IMG/VR virus record: IMGVR_UViG_3300049846_001482
Reading direction: 5' to 3' (one strand)
Origin: an uncultured virus (IMG/VR IMGVR_UViG_3300049846_001482)
Lineage: Duplodnaviria > Heunggongvirae > Uroviricota > Caudoviricetes
Length of the DNA: 64,000 nucleotides
The position numbers and the translations under genes were made by a program. Within the stretch, counting starts at the first letter, position 1; each line of letters opens with the position of its first letter. This document shows positions 20,139-29,601 of the stretch, one piece after another. The notes below the pieces were generated by a model. It did not search any database. It worked only from the letters and a program-made list of their open reading frames with translations, and was not told where the DNA came from.

Positions 20139-20167
20139 ATTATAGTAAAAAGTGGAGGTTCTTCCAA
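20139..20167 (-). promoter_or_regulatory. sigma70-like promoter for the DIP1984-like gene
   Basis: TTGGAA-17 nt-TATAAT. Confidence 0.6.
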
Positions 20168-20169
20168 AT

Positions 20170-20718
20170 TTATGTTCCAGGATCGAAAGATCTTCCTGGA
20201 GTCATGTGGATACGCTTCTTCATCTTCTCCATTTTCTTAATAACACTTTTCTCTCTAGCTAGTGATAGTAATGTCTCAACTCTGGTGCAGGGCTCAAAGT
20301 AAGTCCAGAAGTCTGAAAGTGATATTTTGTTTAGGTCGTAGAAAACTTGCACATTTGACCAGCCATCATCCTTTACGTCAAGTATCTGGACAGGTTGACC
20401 CGTAGCCTTCTTCTTCCAGTAAGCCTTGGCATGAATGGCATGCTTTGAGAAAGTATATCTTTTCTCAAAATGCTCTACCTTAGATTTGAACCATCCTCTT
20501 GGTTTATCGTAGCGATAATAGCCACGAGAAGTATCCATTAGGTTTGTGTAATAAACCCATCCATCATTGACACCACAGACAAAGACATTGATCAACATGT
20601 CGTTGAGCGAATTTCTTTTGTCTTCAACTGTGCAGAACCATATCTGTCCACGGTGAACCATGACTACCTCGTATGCCTTAGGAAGACAAAGTACAGGTCC
20701 AAGTTGTTCTTGCTCCAA
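20170..20718 (-). CDS. hypothetical protein
   Basis: 182-aa ORF; start uncertain. Confidence 0.6.
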   Translation of the reverse strand: MEQEQLGPVLCLPKAYEVVMVHRGQIWFCTVEDKRNSLNDMLINVFVCGVNDGWVYYTNLMDTSRGYYRYDKPRGWFKSKVEHFEKRYTFSKHAIHAKAYWKKKATGQPVQILDVKDDGWSNVQVFYDLNKISLSDFWTYFEPCTRVETLLSLAREKSVIKKMEKMKKRIHMTPGRSFDPGT

Positions 20719-21085
20719 TTGCTGTATTGTTGGTTCTGCAAGTTCTGGAGGCGGTAGTTGTCTTTGGTTGTGTCAATGCTGATGATGACGTAATTATTAG
20801 GCGTTCTTGTATAGTCAAAGTTTGGAGCCAGTTTGTCTTGCAGCTCGTCGCCAACTCTATATTGATTCATATGAACCTCAAAACCACGATTGCAATGCCG
20901 ATCATCATGGAAAGTAAGATAGTAACCATCAAAAGTTTATCTGAGAACCCGTGCCAGTCTTTCTCTCTCCACTTCTCCACCATCATCTCGGCTTGAACCC
21001 ACAAGATGATGGCACAGAGGACTTCCATGCCTAAGAAAATTAGGCTAAACGCCACTTTCCATATCACTCCGAAGATCAGATCCAT
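20664..21085 (-). CDS. two small ORFs (20664..20870; 20867..21085, membrane protein)
   Basis: ORF track, 4-nt overlap, hydrophobic helices in the second. Confidence 0.55.
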
Positions 21086-21704
21086 CTATGCCCCTAATTT
21101 TGTTTGGCACCCAAGTCTTAGACCAGTGTTCAGTGGTGCGAACATGGTTCTTCCTGACGAACTTGGCGCAAAGATTTTTGTAGTCGTCCACGGAGAACTC
21201 AGAAACAGCCCTGATGACGTACCCTTCCATTTCCCCGCCGTAAGCCGACTGCCAAGGAACCTTGTAGTCTCTACTTAATACGCCCCTATAAAGGATGGGG
21301 ACATATTTAAGCCCAAGCCTCTCACACCACTCCAGGGTCTCATCCACCGACAGGAAGACATTCCTATCCTTGTCGATGACATTGAAGACGTAGAAGAAGT
21401 CGTCTAGGTTGTCGTAGAAGATGCTGTGCTTGGCGTAGACGTTCTCGCCGCAGATCTGGATATGGGCTGGGATGAGGTGTTTGATGGAGCCCCACTTGCC
21501 CTTGACCACACTCTGCCAGGGGTAGGCATCGCCATTCTCTGACCTTGCATGCAACTTATGGGAGTGCAAAGAGGTATTCTCGCCGTCTAACTTCTCAGTT
21601 ATGACGACCTCTTTGCCCCATAGGGAGTCCATTGTCTCGATCCTGCGGTCATCGTTCTGCAGGTTGGGAGAGTCTGGAGTATGCATGGTCTTCGGGTATT
21701 TCAT
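21045..21704 (-). CDS. RNA ligase family nucleotidyltransferase
   Basis: KYPKT.H, TEKLDGEN (motif I), ICGEN, FYVF, EGYVIR, AKFVR motifs. Confidence 0.9.
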   Translation of the reverse strand: MKYPKTMHTPDSPNLQNDDRRIETMDSLWGKEVVITEKLDGENTSLHSHKLHARSENGDAYPWQSVVKGKWGSIKHLIPAHIQICGENVYAKHSIFYDNLDDFFYVFNVIDKDRNVFLSVDETLEWCERLGLKYVPILYRGVLSRDYKVPWQSAYGGEMEGYVIRAVSEFSVDDYKNLCAKFVRKNHVRTTEHWSKTWVPNKIRGIDGSDLRSDMESGV

Positions 21705-21932
21705 CTAGTCCTCAGGGCTATCGTCGTATTCACCAGCACCAGCCTTGTCCTGCATATCTTCCCATCCCAGCATCCCCAAGTCAACAAAAAGTTGCATTTT
21801 AGGGAAGGGTTTATTGGATTTGAAGTCATGATACTCAAAAGCCTTGACATGCTTCAACATCTCTGTCTTCAGCTTTGAGTCTGGTTGGGCTTCCACATCA
21901 CGGATTAGTTTTTCGTGTCCCGTCATTTCCAA
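21705..21932 (-). CDS. hypothetical protein
   Basis: YHDFKS...PK..L...G.YD pattern; packed. Confidence 0.6.
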   Translation of the reverse strand: MEMTGHEKLIRDVEAQPDSKLKTEMLKHVKAFEYHDFKSNKPFPKMQLFVDLGMLGWEDMQDKAGAGEYDDSPED

Positions 21933-22050
21933 TGAACCTCGATCTCAATTGGTCCCCACCACAGACCCAAAGTGGTTCCATTGCGGAGAGAATCTATTCT
22001 ATATGGCACGAATCGCAGCCATATCTTTCTTACCTTGAAGGTGAAGTAGG

Positions 22051-22773
22051 TCATTCTTCATCCTCCTCGTCGTTGGCGTCTTTGCCCAAAAAGACCACCC
22101 GCACTGCATGAATGTCCTCGGACTCGGTTGGCTTATCTTTTCTCGTCCAGCCCTGTATGATCTTGGGTGCAGCATAGACATTGTAGCCACCATCACCTTC
22201 GCCACTTTGAGAGACAGCGCCGTGAGGTAAGGTGCCGCCTAAAGACAGGGCAAGATCCCAGAGCGTTGGAGGTAGCGTTAGTCCGCCACAAGCATGGTAA
22301 AACTTCTCCCCTGGCTCTTTATCCTCCTCAGGATCATAATGCATCCTCTCCAACTCTTCATTCATCCCATCGGCTTCTTTGTCGTCACGATAGAACTTCT
22401 TGTCGAAGATGCTCATCTGACCTGAATCAACCCCTACGCTTCCAATCTTCTTCCAGTTAGGCTCATTGTAGTTTCTGTCGTCATTTCTGGAAGAACCGTA
22501 TTCATGGAAGGCCAACAGTTCACCCACACGCTCATCGCCCCTTGTGAACCAGCTATCGTATTTCTTATGACGAATGAAGGCATGCCATTTGCCCTTGGCG
22601 ACCTCGACATCTATGCCATCTTTCATTTTGGCATAGCAGGGGTCGGAGATGTGTAGGGTGCCGCTCTCCACACTGAAAGAGCCGATGTAGATGAGTGCGC
22701 CCCCAGGGAACATCTCTCTCTGGTCTCTGCTTATCTTGGCAGGTTTCTCGACTACCTCCGCCTTCTTAGACAT
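22051..22773 (-). CDS. DUF4241-like protein
   Basis: SG.L.ISDPCY, GVDSGQ..IFD, SG.GDG.Y motifs. Confidence 0.7.
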   Translation of the reverse strand: MSKKAEVVEKPAKISRDQREMFPGGALIYIGSFSVESGTLHISDPCYAKMKDGIDVEVAKGKWHAFIRHKKYDSWFTRGDERVGELLAFHEYGSSRNDDRNYNEPNWKKIGSVGVDSGQMSIFDKKFYRDDKEADGMNEELERMHYDPEEDKEPGEKFYHACGGLTLPPTLWDLALSLGGTLPHGAVSQSGEGDGGYNVYAAPKIIQGWTRKDKPTESEDIHAVRVVFLGKDANDEEDEE

Positions 22774-23215
22774 TGGTCTTCTCCATTCTCTTCTCAAGGT
22801 GATCAGCCAGACGAATGGCATAACCGCCGATGTTATTCATGGAGCCACGCTTCTTATCCTTGTACTCGTCAATGTACTGTTGCCGCTTCTCTGGGTCGGT
22901 TATGAACTTCAAGGCATCTTCGTGGGTTTGCCTTTCGCCCACGGAACCAACCAAAGTGCTACGCAGAGTCTCGATGAGGACCGCAACCTTATCGCCACGG
23001 TAGAGCTTCACCGATTCTTCCATCGACTTCCCGAACTGGCTCTTGAAGAACTCGTCACCACCACCGAACATCAGGATGGGCATCTCGAACTTGCCGCCGA
23101 TCTCCTCCAGGCCGTACTGTCCTTCGCCCATGAGCAGGCAAGCCACACAAGCAGCCTCCTTGTCGTCAGTCTTGATGGTGTAGGAGTCACTTGGATTGAT
23201 GATGTTGAATAGCAT
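22766..23215 (-). CDS. hypothetical protein
   Basis: IINPSD.YT...SMNNIG pattern; GAGGG RBS. Confidence 0.7.
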   Translation of the reverse strand: MLFNIINPSDSYTIKTDDKEAACVACLLMGEGQYGLEEIGGKFEMPILMFGGGDEFFKSQFGKSMEESVKLYRGDKVAVLIETLRSTLVGSVGERQTHEDALKFITDPEKRQQYIDEYKDKKRGSMNNIGGYAIRLADHLEKRMEKTNV

Positions 23216-23216
23216 G

Positions 23217-23621
23217 TCAGCCCTCTGGAGGAAGTTGTGAGACAAACCCCTTACCCTTAGGAGTCAGGTAAATCAGTTCTCTTTCAGTGTGGTTAAACGT
23301 GAGGAACTTCAGTTGCAGGTATTTCTCTTTGATCAAGAACTGGATGAAGTGGTGTTCGTAATCAAAGAGTATCTTGAGAGCGGCCACAGTTGAAACATAT
23401 CCATCTGGAAACGCTATCTGCAATGCGCCAGAGTTTGGATTCCTGTAGTTCTCGTCGCATTTACTCCAGTAGTCAATAGACCTGAGTGTTCTTGCCACAC
23501 GCCAGTTCTTCATGGATGGGTGGACCTCACACCTGTCTGCAGACAAAACCTGCTTGTCTTCATGAGACAAGTGCCATCCATTCTCTTCGTGTTGGTTCCA
23601 ACAGTAGAGACATATCTTCAT
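23217..23621 (-). CDS. hypothetical protein
   Basis: ORF from MKICLYC. Confidence 0.6.
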   Translation of the reverse strand: MKICLYCWNQHEENGWHLSHEDKQVLSADRCEVHPSMKNWRVARTLRSIDYWSKCDENYRNPNSGALQIAFPDGYVSTVAALKILFDYEHHFIQFLIKEKYLQLKFLTFNHTERELIYLTPKGKGFVSQLPPEG

Positions 23622-23623
23622 GG

Positions 23624-23974
23624 CTACCACTCCAGATAAACGCCCTGCACCCACTTCCAGATCTTGTCCGTTCTGACGCTGTAGCCAAGAGCCTTAAAGT
23701 AGGAGGAGTTCTTAACGATGAAGTCAGCATCACTACCATCGTAGTATCTTTTATGTCCTCCATGACTTTTAGCTGCGTATTGAACTCCACCCAAGATGCT
23801 GTCAACCCTCTTTTTGAAGGTCTCCTCAGCATGTACTTTTGCGTTCTCTCTGGCTTGGTTGGCATTGAAGTGCTTGTTGTCTGCCAAGAGCACGTCTTTG
23901 TCCAGAACAATACCGTCCTGAACAATCTCTTTGCTCTCAAGAGGTTTCCCATCGATGAAAGCAGCCCTCTTCAT
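23624..23974 (-). CDS. hypothetical protein with MKRAAF tag
   Basis: 116 aa, overlaps the mnmA stop by 4 nt. Confidence 0.65.
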   Translation of the reverse strand: MKRAAFIDGKPLESKEIVQDGIVLDKDVLLADNKHFNANQARENAKVHAEETFKKRVDSILGGVQYAAKSHGGHKRYYDGSDADFIVKNSSYFKALGYSVRTDKIWKWVQGVYLEW

Positions 23975-25044
23975 ATGATCTGTCCTCCACCAAAACAGAC
24001 GTTGTTGCCTACGTCATAGAAGACCGCAGCCTGACCAGGGGAAATAGCCCTCTGGGGCTCCATGAACCGCACCAGAACCCCCTTATTCGTCACCTGGAGG
24101 GTCGCCAGGGCTGCTTTAGCCTGATGACGTATCTGGACTAGGGCCGAACCCTCGTAGGGCGTTCCAGACACCCAGTTGACGTTCTCAACCTCACAGCGGT
24201 CTGCATAGAGGTCAGCATCATCACCCAGAACCACCGTGTTAGATTCTTTGTCAATTCTGAGGACGTACTTGGGGTCTCCACCAGAGATGCCCAATCCACG
24301 CCTCTGTCCCACAGTATAGAATGCAATGCCATTGTGCTCGCCAATGACATGCCCCATCTTGTCCACCATAGGTCCAGGCTTCTTGACTTCCTTATCCAGA
24401 AGCTCAAGCACCTCTCGGTAGTCGCCATTGGGCACAAAGCAGATGTTCATGCTCTCTGGCTTGCGGGCATTCCTCAGACCAAACTCTTCGGCCTGCTGAC
24501 GGACCTGCTCCTTGCTGATGGCATTGCCAAGAGGAAAGAGCAGCTTCGACAACTGGCTCTGGTTAAGTCGATAGAGGAAGTAGGTCTGATCCTTCTCGGT
24601 GAACAGGGCTCGGCTCAGACGGAACTTGCCGTCCTTCTCGTCAATACGGGCATAGTGACCCGTAGCCAACTTGTCCATCTCAAGAGAGGTGGCAGTCTTC
24701 ATTAGCAGGTCAAACTTCAACCTGTCGTTACAAGCCACACAGGGGTTGGGTGTGCGTCCGTTCTGGTACTCCTCAAGGAAGTAGTCAACGACTATCTTCC
24801 TGAAAGCATCCTCGTAGTTGAACACGTAGTAGGGGAAGCCGATCTTGGAGGCTACCTGACGGGCATCCATCATATCGACAGAGCCGCAGCAAGCCTTGGT
24901 GTTGACATCACAATCCTGACCGGCCAGGAGTTTGTCCTGCCAGACCTTGAGGGTGACGCCGGTGACATCGTGGCCCTGCTTGTGAAGCAGAGCGGCGGTC
25001 ACAGAAGAATCAATGCCTCCCGACATTGCTACTAGAACCTTCAT
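23971..25044 (-). CDS. mnmA: tRNA 2-thiouridine(34) synthase
   Basis: AMSGGIDSS, GRTPNPCVACN, ATGHYAR, KDQTYFL, ES.NICF, YTVGQRRG, SPGQAAVFY motifs. Confidence 0.97.
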   Translation of the reverse strand: MKVLVAMSGGIDSSVTAALLHKQGHDVTGVTLKVWQDKLLAGQDCDVNTKACCGSVDMMDARQVASKIGFPYYVFNYEDAFRKIVVDYFLEEYQNGRTPNPCVACNDRLKFDLLMKTATSLEMDKLATGHYARIDEKDGKFRLSRALFTEKDQTYFLYRLNQSQLSKLLFPLGNAISKEQVRQQAEEFGLRNARKPESMNICFVPNGDYREVLELLDKEVKKPGPMVDKMGHVIGEHNGIAFYTVGQRRGLGISGGDPKYVLRIDKESNTVVLGDDADLYADRCEVENVNWVSGTPYEGSALVQIRHQAKAALATLQVTNKGVLVRFMEPQRAISPGQAAVFYDVGNNVCFGGGQII

Positions 25045-25197
25045 TTCTTTTCATCTCCAAACGGTATGCCGTTTATCTTGGCAAACCTCTTTAATTGATT
25101 GTAGTACCTTCCACTCTTTTTGCCTGCTCGGCCGTCTCTGTTATGATGCCTTCGCTGAGGCTCATTTATCGGATCTATAGCCACGAGCTTTATCTTC

Positions 25198-25944
25198 TTA
25201 TTCTTTGCCGACATACTTTCCCCAGTCCCAAGCCTTTGTCATGTACTCGGCAAAGTCTTTGGCGATGGTGTTGAGGTTTGGATTAGCTTCGTAGATGTCG
25301 TGCAGTCTTTCGGCCCCCTCAGCCATTTTGCTGAAGGTCTCAAAGCTCGTTCCAGCCAGAGCTATCTCTTCGGGCTTCATGGTCTCACGGATGTAGCGGA
25401 CGTACATCATGATCATGAAGTGGCTGAGATGGGACAACTTGCCAATGAAGATGTCGTGGTCCGCAAAACCTATCTGATGGGTCTCAAAGCCCAGGTCTCG
25501 CCAGAACTGAGCAATGGGCTCTGGGCAAGATGGAACCCCAGGCTGTCCACCCAAGATTAGACACTTGCGATGCCAATGCAAAATGTTCCAATCCTTAGCC
25601 AGTGGACCCACCATTGGATGGGTTGAACCAAAGAAGAGTGAGCGATTGCCAGACTGCTCTATGATGCTATGCATGGAAATGGCAGCATCCTTGACGCTGC
25701 CTATCTCGGTGATGTAGACGTTGCGTGGAGCCAAGTCGGCTATCTGCTGGACAAGATCCCTGATCGTTAAGATGGGCGTGGCAATGATGACGAGATTGGG
25801 AGCCTCTGGTGTCCCGTCCTCAATGCGTATTGTGTCGTTCTTGTCAAAGACGACGATGTTTCCAGTATAGAAATGGAAGATTCGGTCATGGAGAAGTTTC
25901 CCCATGACCCCCATGCCCACGATGTAGACCCTAGAGAACTTCAT
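25198..25944 (-). CDS. prephenate/arogenate dehydrogenase-like protein (TyrA family)
   Basis: IVGMGVMG Rossmann motif, IATPI, EIGSVK, STHPMVGP, HD....LSHL.H. Confidence 0.8.
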   Translation of the reverse strand: MKFSRVYIVGMGVMGKLLHDRIFHFYTGNIVVFDKNDTIRIEDGTPEAPNLVIIATPILTIRDLVQQIADLAPRNVYITEIGSVKDAAISMHSIIEQSGNRSLFFGSTHPMVGPLAKDWNILHWHRKCLILGGQPGVPSCPEPIAQFWRDLGFETHQIGFADHDIFIGKLSHLSHFMIMMYVRYIRETMKPEEIALAGTSFETFSKMAEGAERLHDIYEANPNLNTIAKDFAEYMTKAWDWGKYVGKE

Positions 25945-26713
25945 TCTTCTTCCACTCCTTGCGGTAGATGGTGGCGACTTCCTTGATGTCTTCCAACTTA
26001 CCTTGGATTTCCAACATCTTGGCAGCGATCTTCTGCTTCCTGTCTTCGGACAGCAGGTAAGGCATGGCATCTTGTATTGTAACCTTAGCCTCTTTGTCCA
26101 CCATGATCTCAGCGCAATGCTTGACACGCTCTTCCATTGAGGGCAGGTGCTTCATGAGCCTCTGCTCACGCTCTTTGGCGCTCTCCCACCACAGATAGTA
26201 GAAGGTGTCGTTGTTGGTGAAGTTGAAGCCAAAGCCATCCAGCGATGGGACTCCAGTCAGATCATCGTTCAGCAAAACCTTATCCCAGTCCTTCTTGCGC
26301 TGCGCCCACTCCTTGCTTGAAATGCCCTCTTCTCTGTCGGTGTTGTCCCAGTAGCCATAGGGCTTTACTTTCTTGTTCTCCGACCATATCTTCTCCATGT
26401 CCCTTTCGCCGTAGAAGATGGTCAGGATTTTATTCTTGAGCGGAAAAATCGCTATCTCGGATTGGGGAGTGAAGTATCCCTTCTTCACGAGATCTCTCAG
26501 ATAGTCGTCGAAGAAGGAACTGATGGAATCCGTTTCTGTGGAGAGTCCCAATGTGCGATTGTCATATTCAAAGGTTGAAACCCTGATGTTCATGGTATCA
26601 ATCCTTTTCTGCATCTTAGCCTTAAACTCAGGCTGGATGCTCTTCAAGAACTTGAGAAGGGCTGTCATGCTCATGGCTGGCAGACAGGTTCCGTTGTAGA
26701 TTTTGGTGGACAT
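25931..26713 (-). CDS. hypothetical phage protein
   Basis: 260 aa, MSTKIYNG start, YWDNTD..EG.S..EW..R..DW motif, AGGAG RBS. Confidence 0.8.
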   Translation of the reverse strand: MSTKIYNGTCLPAMSMTALLKFLKSIQPEFKAKMQKRIDTMNIRVSTFEYDNRTLGLSTETDSISSFFDDYLRDLVKKGYFTPQSEIAIFPLKNKILTIFYGERDMEKIWSENKKVKPYGYWDNTDREEGISSKEWAQRKKDWDKVLLNDDLTGVPSLDGFGFNFTNNDTFYYLWWESAKEREQRLMKHLPSMEERVKHCAEIMVDKEAKVTIQDAMPYLLSEDRKQKIAAKMLEIQGKLEDIKEVATIYRKEWKKNEVL

Positions 26714-26737
26714 GACAACTCCTATTGGGTTTGTATC

Positions 26738-26765
26738 ATTTTAGCAAAACGCAAATACTTGTCAA
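26738..26765 (-). promoter_or_regulatory. sigma70-like promoter
   Basis: TTGACA-16 nt (ending TGC)-TAAAAT. Confidence 0.65.
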
Positions 26766-26768
26766 GGG

Positions 26769-26786
26769 TTTTATAAAAAAGTAGTA
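26769..26786 (+). promoter_or_regulatory. putative phage-specific motif, copy 2
   Basis: TTTTATAAAAAAGTAGTA ending 5 nt before the ATG at 26792. Confidence 0.5.
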
Positions 26787-26791
26787 GTTAT

Positions 26792-27178
26792 ATGAGGAAA
26801 CACGAGAACAAGACATTCGGCTACCTAAAGGCTTTATTGCCTCAGGTCACAATTGACAGGGAGTTCCCGGTACACGAGCCTATTTACCACGATGGGAAAT
26901 TGGTCAAACACTTCATTTTGATTGACTTTCGCTTCGTCTTGAATGGGCAGGAGTTCTTTGTCGAGTTTCAGGGTACCCAGCACTACAAGGCTGTCCGCAA
27001 GTTCGGCGGCAAGAAGGCTCTAGAGATACAGAAGATCAGAGATTCATGGCTTAGGGGCTACTGCAAGGGCAGAGGCATCACCCTTATTGAGTTGGATGGA
27101 CGAGTTCTGAGGCACAAGAAGATTAAAGTCTACCTGGAATCCGTCCTCCCTCCCGTGAAGCAACAGGTAGTTTCTTGA
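26792..27178 (+). CDS. PD-(D/E)XK / Vsr-DUF559-like endonuclease
   Basis: IDF....FVEFQG.QHY...FGG...Q..RD....YC...GI.LIE pattern. Confidence 0.75.
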   Translation: MRKHENKTFGYLKALLPQVTIDREFPVHEPIYHDGKLVKHFILIDFRFVLNGQEFFVEFQGTQHYKAVRKFGGKKALEIQKIRDSWLRGYCKGRGITLIELDGRVLRHKKIKVYLESVLPPVKQQVVS

Positions 27179-27577
27179 TTGCTCGTAGTAGCCATCTGCC
27201 CACCTCCAAGATTCCCTAATTTTAAGCCTTCTATCTTCTGGGAAAGCATTGAAGCATGAGTGGCAGCACATTTGATTGTCGTGATAAATCATAGTGCCTA
27301 TGCAGTGAGCAGACTTACAGTTGTAGCAGATCTGCTTTTCAGCCCAAATGCCATCGAAGCCAAACAACGCCTTCATAGGCCTATAAGAGCATCGTTGAAC
27401 TTTGACGATGCTCTTTTTTTCATAGCACTTGTTACAGATGCCATAGCCAATCGTGAGCGCCCCTGTGCCACGATGCTTATGCCTAAGAAAAGCCCAGATG
27501 CAACACCAAGGAATGTTGCTCTGTCGTCCAAAGCGGACATGGTAGATGAGTTCAGACAGCTTCTTCAGCAGATTCAC
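27044..27577 (-). CDS. Cys-rich hypothetical protein
   Basis: CxxC pairs; 3' end overlaps the convergent gene. Confidence 0.55.
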   Translation of the reverse strand: MNLLKKLSELIYHVRFGRQSNIPWCCIWAFLRHKHRGTGALTIGYGICNKCYEKKSIVKVQRCSYRPMKALFGFDGIWAEKQICYNCKSAHCIGTMIYHDNQMCCHSCFNAFPEDRRLKIRESWRWADGYYEQSRNYLLLHGREDGFQVDFNLLVPQNSSIQLNKGDASALAVAPKP

Positions 27578-27852
27578 TTCTTACCCTTTATGATGTCGGC
27601 TACTTGCTGATGCCACTCGATGGCTTCATTACCCGTGGGGAGAAGAGTACATTCAACAACCACCATCATGCAGTCATCTTCGGCATCACCATCCAACTCA
27701 AGGAAATGGAATGATGCGTTCTTCTTGTAGGGCAAAGCCCGCTTTAGCTTCCCCTCAACCACATCCCAATCGACATCGCCATATTCAGCATCGGGATAGA
27801 CAAAGAACAGTCTGGCATGCGTCATTCCATTGATCTTAGTCATCTTCCTCAT
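27574..27852 (-). CDS. hypothetical protein
   Basis: 92 aa, packed. Confidence 0.6.
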   Translation of the reverse strand: MRKMTKINGMTHARLFFVYPDAEYGDVDWDVVEGKLKRALPYKKNASFHFLELDGDAEDDCMMVVVECTLLPTGNEAIEWHQQVADIIKGKK

Positions 27853-28504
27853 CTCCCATTGGGGCCACGATGTCTGGGTTCTCTTGGAACAACTCGTTCT
27901 TCTTGAGAGCTTCCCTTAGGATTTCAAGAACCTCATCATCCGTTTCGGCAACAGTGGCAACCTCATAGACACACTCCTGCATTTCACCAACATGCACTAT
28001 CCCATCCAACTTAATGCCATGCATGTATCGTTGCATACGGGAATAGTTCCTGCTTCCGTCATCCCAGAATCTCTCCTTGTCCCAGCCCTGTTTGGGGATG
28101 AAGATGACGATGATGAGCCTAGTTTTCTCTGGGAAGCCCATCATCTTGTTTTGTTCTGGACCCCACTCAGGCATTTCTTCAAAGAAATTAGTGTCTTTAG
28201 CCCAGTAGTACAGTACCTTTGAGTTTGGCTCTGTGGATTTTGCTGGAAGCGGAGCCTTCTTCATATCTTCGATTTCTTTACAGAAACCCTTCTCGTTTAT
28301 TTCCAAGATCTTCTCGGCAAGCTCCTTTCCGATACCCTTGATGCTCGTAAGGCTATTTTCCTTGACATGTTTCTCAAGGTCTGTATTCATTGCAATGTCA
28401 GCCGCCTTTCTTACAGCGCTGACCTTGAAATGATTTGCCTTACGAGCCTTCAAGGCATCGGCCCATTCAGAGAAAGCCTTTCCAACCTTCACCGAGAGGG
28501 TCAT
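27836..28504 (-). CDS. protein with N-terminal PolX/Pol-beta 8-kDa helix-hairpin-helix domain
   Basis: N.FKVSAVRKAA...L.SIKGIGKELAEKI.EI...G motif; no polymerase palm follows. Confidence 0.7.
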   Translation of the reverse strand: MTLSVKVGKAFSEWADALKARKANHFKVSAVRKAADIAMNTDLEKHVKENSLTSIKGIGKELAEKILEINEKGFCKEIEDMKKAPLPAKSTEPNSKVLYYWAKDTNFFEEMPEWGPEQNKMMGFPEKTRLIIVIFIPKQGWDKERFWDDGSRNYSRMQRYMHGIKLDGIVHVGEMQECVYEVATVAETDDEVLEILREALKKNELFQENPDIVAPMGDEEDD

Positions 28505-28505
28505 C

Positions 28506-29600
28506 TCAGTTCTCCGTCTTGACGAGGTATTCGGGGCTACGCTGCTTGATGAAGAGACGGCCACGCTCACGAGACTGCGTTCCATCCTCCTTGGTCTTCA
28601 CCCACTCGACAATCTGCTCGGTGACGGGCTTGATGACGATACCCTCACGCAGAACGTCTGGGTTGATGAGAGACTTGCCGTTGGAAGCCTCCTGAACGGT
28701 CTTACCATTCAGCCAGTCACGCAGTTTGCCCCTGAAGATGGTGGGAGCAAACTCCACACGCTCTTCACCGAACAAGGCGTTCACCATCTCATCCACCGGC
28801 AGAGGATGTCCGTTGACTTCCAGTTCAAAGCTGAAAACCTTGTGGTCCTTCAGCTTGTAGTGGTTGCCCTGAATGCCAGGACCAGCCAGTTCTCCACGTA
28901 GGGTCACGGACTTGCCGTGGAACTTCTGCTTGTAGAGGTTGGTGATCACCGTGTCGAGCTGGAGGCTATTCACAGCCTTAATGAAGGTGTGAACGTCCTC
29001 TGAGCCTTCAATGGGGGTGACGGTGTGATGATGTTGGTTGACTCGGACCACACCGACCTGATCGATGGAGATGCCAAAGTTGGTGCCTTCGACCTTCTCG
29101 GAGATCCAGACTTCCTGATCCATCAGCATCTCGATGATGGCAGGGAAGCGGTCAGCGCCCTCGATGTCGTAGTGACCAACGAAAGCCGCCAAAGGTGTCA
29201 GGTTGGCTCCCTTTCCAGCAAACAGGATGGGTGGCTCGTACTTGGTGACACCCAGGGCTTCGGTCAGGTTGGCTGGCAGTTCAGTGACACCCAAGAACTC
29301 CTTGATCTTGCCAGCCTTGGCCACAAAGCCCTGGCTGTATTCGCCACGCAGCTTGGCTGACTTCACACGAGTCCGATCCTTGCCAGACAGGTAGTTCCTG
29401 ATCTGGAAGAACTCAATGAGAGGGTCAGGCAGGATGGAGTCAATGGGGAAGTAAACCACTTCCTCGCCAACCTGATATTCACCCTTTCCAACTGCGAACT
29501 GGAAGAGCAAGCCTTCAACGCTTGCAAGATCCAGTCGGTCAGCGTTGGAATGCGGCCAGACCTTTGAGATGTTCTTCTTTTCGACAGCGAAGAAAGCCAC
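28506..29600 (-). CDS. RNA ligase, DRB0094-like family (N-terminal OB-like domain)
   Basis: H.NADRL, VVYFPIDS.LP, KLRGEYSQG, LGV.KYEP, SEKVEGTN, LRGE..GPGIQGN, REGIV; GTG start inferred. Confidence 0.9.
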   Translation of the reverse strand: MAFFAVEKKNISKVWPHSNADRLDLASVEGLLFQFAVGKGEYQVGEEVVYFPIDSILPDPLIEFFQIRNYLSGKDRTRVKSAKLRGEYSQGFVAKAGKIKEFLGVTELPANLTEALGVTKYEPPILFAGKGANLTPLAAFVGHYDIEGADRFPAIIEMLMDQEVWISEKVEGTNFGISIDQVGVVRVNQHHHTVTPIEGSEDVHTFIKAVNSLQLDTVITNLYKQKFHGKSVTLRGELAGPGIQGNHYKLKDHKVFSFELEVNGHPLPVDEMVNALFGEERVEFAPTIFRGKLRDWLNGKTVQEASNGKSLINPDVLREGIVIKPVTEQIVEWVKTKEDGTQSRERGRLFIKQRSPEYLVKTEN

Positions 29601-29601
29601 G

